Shown piece after piece: positions 13,594 through 20,776 of a stretch of 64,000 nt of DNA. The position numbers and the translations under genes were made by a program. The stretch is from assembly GCA_937896905.1 (NCBI GenBank), contig CALBOE010000002.1:56954-120953 (forward strand), given 5' to 3'. The stretch's first letter is position 1; every line of letters begins with the position of its first letter. The notes beneath the pieces are model-generated. The model had not been told where the DNA came from. It was given only the letters and a program-made list of their open reading frames with translations, and searched no databases. The stretch comes from an uncultured Clostridia bacterium (lineage in GTDB: Bacteria; Bacillota; Clostridia; Christensenellales; UBA1242).

Positions 13594-14940
13594 ATGGCAT
13601 TTTTTAGCAACCTAAGCGAACGACTAAACCACATTTTTAGCAAAATGACAAAGCGCGGGAAGTTAACCGCTTTAGAAATTAAAGAAGCAATGAGGGAAAT
13701 TCGAATTGCGCTTTTAGAGGCAGACGTTAACTATTCTGTTGCAAAAAACTTCATTAATAAAGTTAGCGAACTTGCAGTTGGTGAAGAAATTTTAAAAAGT
13801 TTAACCCCAACACAACAAGTTATTAAAATTGTTAGGGACGAATTAACTGCTTTAATGGGTGGGGAAAATCAAAAACTAATTGTTAGCCCAAAACCACCAA
13901 CAGTAATTATGATGTGTGGCTTGCAAGGTAGTGGTAAAACAACCATGTGCGGGAAGTTGGCACTTAAACTGAAAAAGGAAGGTAAGAAACCACTTTTAGT
14001 TGCGTGCGACATCTACCGCCCAGCGGCAATAGACCAACTTAAAGTGCTTGGAAAATCAATTAATATAGATGTGTTTGAACGAGGCTCGCAGGCACCAACC
14101 AAAACTGTTAAAGAAGCGGTTGCTTATGCCGAAAAGTTTGCGCTAGATACAGTTATTATAGACACCGCTGGACGACTTCAAATAGACGAAAAACTAATGG
14201 AAGAACTTAAAGATGTTAAAAAGGTTATTAATCCAACCGAAATTCTGTTAGTTATAGATGCCATGATTGGGCAGGAAGCCGTGGCAGTTTCCACCGCCTT
14301 TAACGACGCCCTTGACGTTACAGGTGTTGTGTTAACCAAAACAGATGGTGACACTCGTGGCGGTGCGGCACTTTCAATTCGTTCTGTTATTGGCAAGCCA
14401 ATTAAATTTGTTGGCGTTGGCGAAAAGTTAACCGACCTTGAACCATTCTATCCGGACCGTATGGCGTCTAGAATTTTAGGCATGGGAGACGTTTTAACTC
14501 TTATAGACAAAGCGCAAGAAGCGGTAGACGAAAAAATGGCAAAAGAAATGGAACGAAAATTCCGTGAAAACAGTTTCGACCTTAACGACTATATTGAACA
14601 ACTTAATTCTCTCAAAAAAATGGGCGGGCTTAAATCTGTTTTAGGAATGTTGCCAGGCATCGGTGGCAAACTTAAACAAATAGAGGATCAAATAGACGAA
14701 AAACAGTTAGAAAAAAATAAAGCCATAATTCAAAGTATGACGGCAAAAGAAAGGGCAAACCCCGATATTATTAACGGAAGTCGCAGGGCAAGAATTGCAA
14801 AAGGCAGTGGCACGCAAGTTAGCGATGTTAACCAACTTCTAAAACAATTTAATCAATCCAAAGAAATGATGCGTATGATGAAAAACCCAAAAGCACATGG
14901 CGGAAAGATGGCAATGATACGCAAACTTATGGGTGGCTAA
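13594..14940 (+). CDS. ffh: Signal recognition particle protein Ffh
   Basis: GLQGSGKTT, DTAGRL, TKTDGDTRGGAALS and a Met-rich M domain. Confidence 0.95.
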   Translation: MAFFSNLSERLNHIFSKMTKRGKLTALEIKEAMREIRIALLEADVNYSVAKNFINKVSELAVGEEILKSLTPTQQVIKIVRDELTALMGGENQKLIVSPKPPTVIMMCGLQGSGKTTMCGKLALKLKKEGKKPLLVACDIYRPAAIDQLKVLGKSINIDVFERGSQAPTKTVKEAVAYAEKFALDTVIIDTAGRLQIDEKLMEELKDVKKVINPTEILLVIDAMIGQEAVAVSTAFNDALDVTGVVLTKTDGDTRGGAALSIRSVIGKPIKFVGVGEKLTDLEPFYPDRMASRILGMGDVLTLIDKAQEAVDEKMAKEMERKFRENSFDLNDYIEQLNSLKKMGGLKSVLGMLPGIGGKLKQIEDQIDEKQLEKNKAIIQSMTAKERANPDIINGSRRARIAKGSGTQVSDVNQLLKQFNQSKEMMRMMKNPKAHGGKMAMIRKLMGG

Positions 14941-14997
14941 CGCCAATGGGCGTTTGGCAAAAGCTTCATCATACAAATAGCGGACACGCTATGAGCC

Positions 14998-15061
14998 GAT
15001 GAAAAACCCAAAAGCACAAGGCGGCAAGATGGCAATGATACGCAAACTTATGGGTGGCTAG
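14998..15061 (+). repeat. Ghost direct copy of the last 20 codons plus stop of ffh
   Basis: 61/64 identical to 14877-14940, offset 121 nt. All 3 differences are at third codon positions. Confidence 0.9.
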
Positions 15062-15083
15062 TAGTTTTAAATTAAAAAAATTA

Positions 15084-15107
15084 ATGGGAATTTAATCCCA
15101 TTTTTTT
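15084..15107 (+). terminator. Intrinsic terminator after the ffh ghost copy
   Basis: ATGGGA-atttaa-TCCCAT followed by T7, preceded by an A-run. Confidence 0.8.
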
Positions 15108-15118
15108 GTTTTTAACTA

Positions 15119-15147
15119 TTGAAATCCTAAAATCGGTGTGCTATAAT
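15119..15147 (+). promoter_or_regulatory. SigA-type promoter of the two-gene orphan cassette
   Basis: TTGAAA, 17 bp containing TGc, TATAAT (15142-15147). Confidence 0.7.
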
Positions 15148-15171
15148 CCAAATAAACTATAGGAGAAAGTT

Positions 15172-15540
15172 ATGGAATTTGAAACGAGATACATAGTTTG
15201 GTTTTATGTAGATAATGGCAATTTGCTTTTGCCCGTGGTAATAATCCCTGTATCAACAAAAAGAACAGTTGTTGTAAATTTAAATAACTCTAAAAGGTTT
15301 GTGATTGATGCAAATAAAATGGAAATTATACAAGAGTTAAAAGAAAGAATAAAAAGACAATGCAATGTTGAAACAATAAACTGTGATTACACCATCACAA
15401 TGTTAAGACGATTTGGAAATTTGCTACCTGAAGAAAAGGATTTATTGTTTAAAAGCAGTTTTAGTGCACAAGAAATAAAAATGTTAAAAACCCGTTTTGG
15501 ACAAAATATAAAAAACAACGAGCAGACAAATAACTTTTAA
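15172..15540 (+). CDS. Hypothetical protein (122 aa)
   Basis: AGGAGA RBS at 15161-15166 and its own promoter. No recognisable family. Weakly similar to the next ORF. Confidence 0.6.
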   Translation: MEFETRYIVWFYVDNGNLLLPVVIIPVSTKRTVVVNLNNSKRFVIDANKMEIIQELKERIKRQCNVETINCDYTITMLRRFGNLLPEEKDLLFKSSFSAQEIKMLKTRFGQNIKNNEQTNNF

Positions 15541-15549
15541 GGAGGGATT

Positions 15550-16029
15550 ATGTTAAAAAAATTACTGGTTAAAAAAATTTCAAAAGCTGATTTTGGCGAA
15601 AATAACCAAGTGGACTTATCTAAATTATTTTGGGTTTATGCAAAAGATGGTAATTTTATTAAACCAATATTTTTTGCAGATGGCTTATCTTTAATAATAC
15701 CAACCGACAAATTTGCAGCAGAAGTTGGAACCAGCAGCGCAAAAACCCCACCAAACGCAAAGAACCTTCAAACCCTTTTAAGTATTGTTAAAGAACAATA
15801 CAATTTGCAAGAATTGCCAAGGTTGGGCACCACACAAGTTATGATAAATAACCTATCTAAGGGGTTGTCTCACGAATTGGTGCGAGAAGTTAAACAAAAA
15901 TTGCAACAAGTTGAATTGGGGAAATGTAGCACAATAACAACAGAAGAGTTGCAACAAATTAGTAAAATCTTTTCAAAAAATCTAAAAAATGTAAGCACAT
16001 TGAACAAGGTTGAAGCATTTTCCGTTTAG
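15550..16029 (+). CDS. Hypothetical protein (159 aa), possible paralog of the preceding ORF
   Basis: AAGGAGGG RBS. Shared blocks with the upstream ORF: LFWVYAKDGNFIKP vs YIVWFYVDNGNLLLP, and ELQQISKIFSKNLKN vs EIKMLKTRFGQNIKN. Confidence 0.6.
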   Translation: MLKKLLVKKISKADFGENNQVDLSKLFWVYAKDGNFIKPIFFADGLSLIIPTDKFAAEVGTSSAKTPPNAKNLQTLLSIVKEQYNLQELPRLGTTQVMINNLSKGLSHELVREVKQKLQQVELGKCSTITTEELQQISKIFSKNLKNVSTLNKVEAFSV

Positions 16030-16065
16030 TTGCCCATAAAAAAATAAAAAATCTTATTAAAACCC

Positions 16066-16094
16066 TTGACAAGTGTTTAGGATTGATATATAAT
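16066..16094 (+). promoter_or_regulatory. SigA-type promoter of rpsP operon
   Basis: TTGACA, 17 bp, TATAAT (16089-16094). Confidence 0.75.
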
Positions 16095-16154
16095 GTAAAG
16101 TGAAATTGCTTTACAGCCCTTGGGCTAGTGAAGAAAATATAATAAGGAGAAATT

Positions 16155-16448
16155 ATGTCAGTTAAAATTAGATTAACTCGTTTGGGAGATAAAAAATCAC
16201 CATTCTATCGTGTTATTGTTGCAGACAGCAGAGTTGCAAGAGATGGCAAGTACATTGAACAAATTGGAACTTACAATCCACTAACAAACCCAGCTGAAAT
16301 CAAAATTAACACCGAATTGGCTACCAAATGGCTTAAAAACGGCGCTCAACCAACCGAAACTGCAAAAACACTTCTTCAAAAAGTTGGTGTTTTAGAAGTT
16401 AAGGGAAACAGCGTTGCAAAAACAAATAACAAGAAAAAGAAAGCATAA
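16155..16448 (+). CDS. rpsP: 30S ribosomal protein S16
   Basis: [26 protein letters not shown] matches the S16 family. AAGGAG RBS. Confidence 0.95.
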   Translation: MSVKIRLTRLGDKKSPFYRVIVADSRVARDGKYIEQIGTYNPLTNPAEIKINTELATKWLKNGAQPTETAKTLLQKVGVLEVKGNSVAKTNNKKKKA

Positions 16449-16458
16449 GGAGTGAACT

Positions 16459-16689
16459 ATGCAAGAAATGTTGGAATACATTGTTAAAAATCTTGTATCT
16501 GCTCCTAACGACGTTGAAATTGTTGCAGAAAGCCAAGGCAAAACTAAGGTTTTTAAGGTTAGAGTAAGCAAAAAAGATATTGGCAGTGTTATTGGTAGAG
16601 GCGGTTGCATTGCAAATGCTATTAGAACAGTTGTTAAATCAACCATTGATGGCAAAGAACGCATTGTAATTAAATTTGATGAAAAATAA
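16459..16689 (+). CDS. khpA: KH-domain RNA-binding protein (YlqC/KhpA, UPF0109)
   Basis: 76 aa with the KH core IGSVIGRGGCIANAIRTV. Conserved position between rpsP and rimM. Confidence 0.85.
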   Translation: MQEMLEYIVKNLVSAPNDVEIVAESQGKTKVFKVRVSKKDIGSVIGRGGCIANAIRTVVKSTIDGKERIVIKFDEK

Positions 16690-16697
16690 TCATTGTT

Positions 16698-16730
16698 GGC
16701 GGATATTATGTCCGCCGCTTTGCTTTTTTT
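16698..16730 (+). terminator. Possible terminator after khpA
   Basis: GGCGGA-tattatg-TCCGCC, then GCTTTGCTTTTTTT (T-tract not contiguous with the stem). Confidence 0.45.
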
Positions 16731-16781
16731 AAACTTTTTGCTATAATAATACTAATCATATAACAATAAAAGGGAAAAAAT

Positions 16782-17279
16782 ATGGAAAATTTATTAGAAG
16801 TTGGAAAAGTTGCTCGCCCACATGGAGTTAGAGGTGCAGTTAAAGTTTTGTGCTATATTGAAATCGGTTTGAATAATATTAAACAAGTTTATGTTGGCAG
16901 CAAACTAACGGCATATAATGTTAAGCAAGTTCAGGCATTGAATAATGATGCTTTCATTTTAACGTTAAAAGAAATTGCCACAGTTGAACAGGCGGACAAA
17001 CTAAGAAATTTATCTGTTTACATTAAAAGAGATGAAACAGAAGAGTTTAAAGATAAATTATATTTAAGCGATTTGTTAGGTAAGCAAGTGATTAACGAGA
17101 AAGGCGAAAAGTTGGGCGAGTTGGTAGATTATGAGGATTATGGTGCCAGCGTTATACTAACCATTCGCTGTGGGGTTGTTTCTTATTCCATTCCTTATGT
17201 TGATGGAATTATTGATTACAGTGAACAAGCAGATGCGTTTGTTATTAATGAACAAACATTTAAGGATATGCGCGTATGA
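16782..17279 (+). CDS. rimM: 16S rRNA processing protein RimM
   Basis: VGKVARPHGVRGAVKV N-terminus and a PRC-barrel C-terminus. rimM-trmD overlap. Confidence 0.9.
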   Translation: MENLLEVGKVARPHGVRGAVKVLCYIEIGLNNIKQVYVGSKLTAYNVKQVQALNNDAFILTLKEIATVEQADKLRNLSVYIKRDETEEFKDKLYLSDLLGKQVINEKGEKLGELVDYEDYGASVILTIRCGVVSYSIPYVDGIIDYSEQADAFVINEQTFKDMRV

Positions 17280-17944
17280 GAATAGACATTTTAACCCTTT
17301 TTCCAGAAATGTTTGCGCCACTTAAAGAAAGCATAATAAAAAGAGCAACAGAAGATGGTAAAATTGAAATTAACATAATAAACATAAGAGATTATGCCAA
17401 CCCACCACACTTTAAATGTGACGACGAACCTTTTGGTGGCGGTGCGGGAATGGTTATGCTTTGCGAGCCACTTTTTAAAGCAATAGAAGCAATGCAAACA
17501 GACGAATGCCAAATTTATTATATGAGCCCAAGAGGAGTGGTGTTTAACCAGGGAATAGCAAAACAGTTAAGCCAACAAACTCATATAATTTTAATTTGCG
17601 GGCATTACGAGGGAATAGACCAACGTGTTATAGATTATTTTAACATTAAAGAACTTTCTATTGGCGATTATGTTTTAACAGGTGGCGAACTTCCAGCAAT
17701 GGTGGTGGCGGATAGTGTAATTCGTTTGCTTCCTGGGGTTATAAGGGCAGAAAGCACAGCAGAAGAAAGTTTTTCCAATAACCTTTTGGAATATAATCAA
17801 TACACTCGCCCAAGCAATTTCCGTGGGCTTGTTGTGCCAGAAGTTTTATTAAGCGGAAATCATAAAAAAATTGCAGAATTTCGCGCACAACAATCGCTGG
17901 AAATAACACAAAAAAATCGCCCAGATTTATTGAATAAGCACTAA
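17276..17944 (+). CDS. trmD: tRNA (guanine37-N1)-methyltransferase TrmD
   Basis: MRIDILTLFPEMF, GGGAGMVM, CGHYEGIDQRV and LTGGELPAMV. Confidence 0.95.
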   Translation: MRIDILTLFPEMFAPLKESIIKRATEDGKIEINIINIRDYANPPHFKCDDEPFGGGAGMVMLCEPLFKAIEAMQTDECQIYYMSPRGVVFNQGIAKQLSQQTHIILICGHYEGIDQRVIDYFNIKELSIGDYVLTGGELPAMVVADSVIRLLPGVIRAESTAEESFSNNLLEYNQYTRPSNFRGLVVPEVLLSGNHKKIAEFRAQQSLEITQKNRPDLLNKH

Positions 17945-17984
17945 TTTTTGTGCTAGAATATTAAAGATTAAAAGAGAGTGAGTT

Positions 17985-18818
17985 ATGATAAATTGGTTCC
18001 CGGGGCATATGAACAAAACCTTAAAACAAATGCAAAATGATAGCAAGCTTTGCGATTGTTTTGTGTATGTGGTAGATGCTAGATGTCCACAAAGTTGCAT
18101 AAATCCAGAATTTATTAGGGTTATTAAAGGTAAACCTATAATTTTTGTGTTAAGCAAGGCAGATTTGGTGCAAAAAACCGACATTATTAAAGCCAAAGAG
18201 CATTTTATTAACCAAGGGCACAGCTGTGTGGAACTTAACGCCACAATAAGTGGAAGTGCAAAAGTTATAACTGCCGAAATTAAAAAGATTTTTGCTGTAC
18301 GCCTAAAACAAAATGCCGAAAAGCAAGTTAACTTTATAACTCGTGCAATGGTGTTGGGAGTTCCAAATTCTGGCAAAAGCACCATAGTAAATAACTTGTG
18401 TGGAAGTGGTAGGGCAGTAACAGGCAATAAGGCAGGCGTAACTAGAAGTAAACAGTGGATTAAAGTTGATGGCAACATAGAGTTTATGGACACACCTGGT
18501 GTGCTTCTTCCTAACTTTGAAAAGGACGAAACCGCATACAACCTTGCATTTGTTGGCAGTGTTAAAGACGACATTTTGCCGTTGCCTGAAGTTGCTTGCG
18601 AATTAATAGGAAGATTGAACAGCATTAATGGCGACATTTTGAAATCTAAATATGGTGTTGATAGTGCAAATTACACACACAATGTTGAAATTTTGGAAGC
18701 AATTGGTAAAAAGCGTGGTTGTATGATTAAAGGTGGCGAAATAGATTACGAGCGTGCTGCAAAAATTCTGTTAACCGAATTTCGTGCAGGTAAACTTGGG
18801 AAGATTTGCCTAGAGTAG
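17985..18818 (+). CDS. rbgA: Ribosome biogenesis GTPase A (YlqF/RbgA, circularly permuted)
   Basis: WFPGHMNK, permuted G motifs (LSKADL ... GVPNSGKST ... DTPG). Confidence 0.9.
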   Translation: MINWFPGHMNKTLKQMQNDSKLCDCFVYVVDARCPQSCINPEFIRVIKGKPIIFVLSKADLVQKTDIIKAKEHFINQGHSCVELNATISGSAKVITAEIKKIFAVRLKQNAEKQVNFITRAMVLGVPNSGKSTIVNNLCGSGRAVTGNKAGVTRSKQWIKVDGNIEFMDTPGVLLPNFEKDETAYNLAFVGSVKDDILPLPEVACELIGRLNSINGDILKSKYGVDSANYTHNVEILEAIGKKRGCMIKGGEIDYERAAKILLTEFRAGKLGKICLE

Positions 18819-18822
18819 GCTT

Positions 18823-19004
18823 GAAGAATTACCATTCGCTTAACGCTTCGCTAATCCGCTCAGGTAAACACTTCTCGCCTTTAGGATGGAGGTTCTATTA
18901 TCAATGGTGAGCTCAAAGAATTACCATTCGCTTAACGCTAACATTAATCCGCCTGAACCAATCAACCCTGCCTTTAAATGTCATTCTGAATGAGCGAAGC
19001 GAGT
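18823..19004 (+). repeat. Degenerate tandem repeat, period about 92 nt (2 units plus a partial third from 19005)
   Basis: AAGAATTACCATTCGCTTAACGCT at 18824 and 18916 (24/24; the preceding base differs, G vs A). Further shared blocks TAATCCGC and GCCTTTA. Third start GAAGAATC at 19005. Confidence 0.8.
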
Positions 19005-19043
19005 GAAGAATCTAAAAGATGTTTCGCTTCGCTCAACATGACA
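18979..19043. repeat. Imperfect palindrome / REP-like hairpin
   Basis: GAGCGAAGCGA (18992-19002) pairs with TCGCTTCGCTC (19024-19034). Outer stem TGTCAT/ATGACA. No T-tract follows. Confidence 0.8.
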
Positions 19044-19089
19044 CAAAAGAACGTGATATGTGTGCGGTGAAAGACCTAAAAGGAAAAAT

Positions 19090-19740
19090 ATGATAGACAC
19101 TTTAAAAACTTTTGAACACGATAAACAACTGCTAACCGAAAACATAACAACCATTGCAGGCATAGACGAGGTTGGGCGTGGCCCACTTGCGGGCCCGGTG
19201 GTTACGGCTTGTGTTATAATGCCCTACAGCGAAATGCTAAACGGAGTTTATGATAGTAAAAAGGTAACAAAAAAGAATAGAGATAAATTATACAACGAAA
19301 TTCTAAACAAAGCAATTAGCGTTTCCATTGCCATTAAAAACGAACAAGTTATTGACGAAATTAACATATTAAACGCAACCAAAGAAGCAATGAAGGAGTG
19401 TTATTTAAACAGCAAAATAAAGCCTGATTTGTTGCTTGTTGATGCTGTTAAACTAGATATTGCACCAAACGAAAAAGCAATTATTAAAGGAGATGCAACA
19501 AGCTACGCTATTGCGTGCGCATCTATTGTTGCAAAGGTTTATAGGGACAAATTAATGGAAGAATATGCTTTAACCTATCCGCAGTACGACTTTGAAAACA
19601 ATGTTGGCTATGGCACAAAAAAACATATAGAAGCCATTAAACAATTTGGAATAACACCAATTCACAGGCTAAGTTTTTTAAAAAACATAATAGGGGAAGA
19701 ACAGTGCAAAAAAATACATTTGGAAAGGCAGGCGAAATAA
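19090..19740 (+). CDS. rnhB: Ribonuclease HII
   Basis: Start trimmed to MIDTLKTF. IAGIDEVGRGPLAGPVV and DSKK motifs. Confidence 0.9.
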   Translation: MIDTLKTFEHDKQLLTENITTIAGIDEVGRGPLAGPVVTACVIMPYSEMLNGVYDSKKVTKKNRDKLYNEILNKAISVSIAIKNEQVIDEINILNATKEAMKECYLNSKIKPDLLLVDAVKLDIAPNEKAIIKGDATSYAIACASIVAKVYRDKLMEEYALTYPQYDFENNVGYGTKKHIEAIKQFGITPIHRLSFLKNIIGEEQCKKIHLERQAK

Positions 19741-20051
19741 TTGCGTGCAACTATCTTAAACAAAAGGGTTACAAAATAATTGGCACAAATGTTAAAAACC
19801 TAATTGGAGAAATAGACATTATTGCAAAGGATAATAAAACCCTTATTTTTGTGGAGGTTAAAACTAGGGCAAGCAATGCGTTTGGAAGTCCACTTGAAGC
19901 CATAGACCAACGAAAACAGCACAAAATTAGACAGGTTGCAACAATGTGGCAAAAACAACACAAACAACTAGAAGCACCCAGCAGATTTGACGCCATTTCA
20001 ATTGTTGGATTTGAAGAACCAGAAATAACGCATATTATTGATGCATTTTAA
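19704..20051 (+). CDS. yraN: UPF0102 YraN-family endonuclease-like protein
   Basis: GTG start overlapping the rnhB end. GKAGEIIACNYLKQKGYKII..GEIDIIAK....FVEVKTR matches the YraN pattern. Confidence 0.8.
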   Translation: MQKNTFGKAGEIIACNYLKQKGYKIIGTNVKNLIGEIDIIAKDNKTLIFVEVKTRASNAFGSPLEAIDQRKQHKIRQVATMWQKQHKQLEAPSRFDAISIVGFEEPEITHIIDAF

Positions 20052-20079
20052 AAAATTACATCTTTTTTCATAAAAATAC

Positions 20080-20108
20080 TTGCAAATATATTAATTGTGT
20101 GTTATATT
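20080..20108 (+). promoter_or_regulatory. SigA-type promoter of rplS
   Basis: TTGCAA, 17 bp containing TGt, TATATT (20103-20108). Confidence 0.65.
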
Positions 20109-20111
20109 GTA

Positions 20112-20165
20112 AAAGTTGTCAGCGGTCCGCTACGGTCCAACGCAAGAACGCTGAATTAGGAGGTA
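20112..20165 (+). promoter_or_regulatory. Structured rplS 5' leader (possible L19 autoregulatory leader)
   Basis: CAGCG...CGCTG stem enclosing GGTCCGCTACGGTCC, directly before the AGGAGG RBS. An L19 leader element is known in low-GC Gram-positives. I cannot verify the assignment by covariance here. Confidence 0.35.
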
Positions 20166-20168
20166 AGT

Positions 20169-20510
20169 ATGAATATTATCGACCAAATCGAGAAAGAACA
20201 ATTACGCAACGACCTTGCTCCTTTCAATGTTGGAGATACTGTAAGAGTGTCAGTTAAGGTCAAAGAAGGCGACAAGGAACGTATCCAAGCCTACGAAGGT
20301 GTTGTAATTGCAAAAAAAGGTGCAGGCGTTAGAGAAACCTTCACCGTTCGCCGTGTTTCGTTTGGCATTGGCGTTGAAAGAACATTCCCAATGAACAGCC
20401 CAAGAATTGATAAAATTGTTGTGGTTCGTAAGGGTAAAGTTCGTAGAGCAAAAATTTATTATGTTCGCAATCTTTCTGGTAAAGCCGCTAAAATCAAAGA
20501 AGACCGTTAG
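20169..20510 (+). CDS. rplS: 50S ribosomal protein L19
   Basis: [33 protein letters not shown] matches the L19 family. Confidence 0.95.
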   Translation: MNIIDQIEKEQLRNDLAPFNVGDTVRVSVKVKEGDKERIQAYEGVVIAKKGAGVRETFTVRRVSFGIGVERTFPMNSPRIDKIVVVRKGKVRRAKIYYVRNLSGKAAKIKEDR

Positions 20511-20520
20511 GTCTTTTTTT
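20497..20520 (+). terminator. Intrinsic terminator overlapping the rplS stop (module A)
   Basis: AAGAC-cgttag-GTCTT followed by a T-run. Confidence 0.7.
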
Positions 20521-20581
20521 AGAGGATAGAACGGAAAGTTGCGAAACTCCTGCTAAGTAATTCTAATTACAGCAGATGTTA

Positions 20582-20635
20582 AATCTTTCTGGTAAAGCCG
20601 CTAAAATCAAAGAAGACCGTTAGGTCTTTTTTTAG
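20582..20635 (+). repeat. Exact 54-nt copy of the rplS 3' end plus terminator (module B)
   Basis: 54/54 identical to 20469-20522, offset 113 nt. Confidence 0.9.
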
Positions 20636-20652
20636 GCTTTACCCATGCAAAT

Positions 20653-20702
20653 GCTAAAGCCGCTAAAATTAAAGAAGACAGATAGTGTCTTCTTTTTTAG
20701 GC
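20653..20702 (+). repeat. Diverged copy of the rplS 3' end plus terminator (module C)
   Basis: Reads [10 protein letters not shown]-stop with ATC>ATT and CGT>AGA. Its own compensated hairpin GAAGACA-gatag-TGTCTTC followed by T6. Confidence 0.85.
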
Positions 20703-20735
20703 AGTCACTCGTCGAACATATGTTTGATAAATTAA

Positions 20736-20764
20736 TTGACAAATTTTTCTAATTGGTGTAGTAT
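20736..20764 (+). promoter_or_regulatory. SigA-type promoter of comM
   Basis: TTGACA, 17 bp, TAGTAT. Confidence 0.55.
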
Positions 20765-20776
20765 GAGGGAAAGAAG

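Noticed and set aside
14941-15061. Stop-codon readthrough or frameshift extension of Ffh into the ghost copy
   Set aside because: An in-frame TGA lies 18 codons after the TAA, and the ghost is in a different frame (offset 121 nt). I see no slippery motif.
17927-18637. 236-aa ORF antisense to rbgA
   Set aside because: It overlaps a gene with clear GTPase motifs, has no independent signals and has a shadow-frame composition.
18985-19012. Hammerhead-ribozyme-like CTGAATGAG...GAAG core
   Set aside because: It has an extra base relative to CUGAUGA, stem II is minimal, and there is no proper GAAA or cleavage-site context.
18819-19089. SRP RNA or 6S RNA gene in the 271-nt spacer
   Set aside because: I could not find the conserved SRP domain IV motifs or the 6S central-bubble architecture. 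The tandem-repeat structure argues against both. An Infernal scan would settle this.
18981-19163. 60-aa minus-strand ORF across the rbgA-rnhB palindrome
   Set aside because: It is a translation of a palindromic repeat and overlaps the rnhB start, with no RBS. The region is better explained as a repeat or RNA structure.
20469-20702. Repeat-spacer-repeat layout resembling a miniature CRISPR array
   Set aside because: The repeats are the 3' end of rplS itself. There are only 2-3 units with unequal spacers (59 and about 17 nt), the third unit is diverged, and no cas genes lie nearby.
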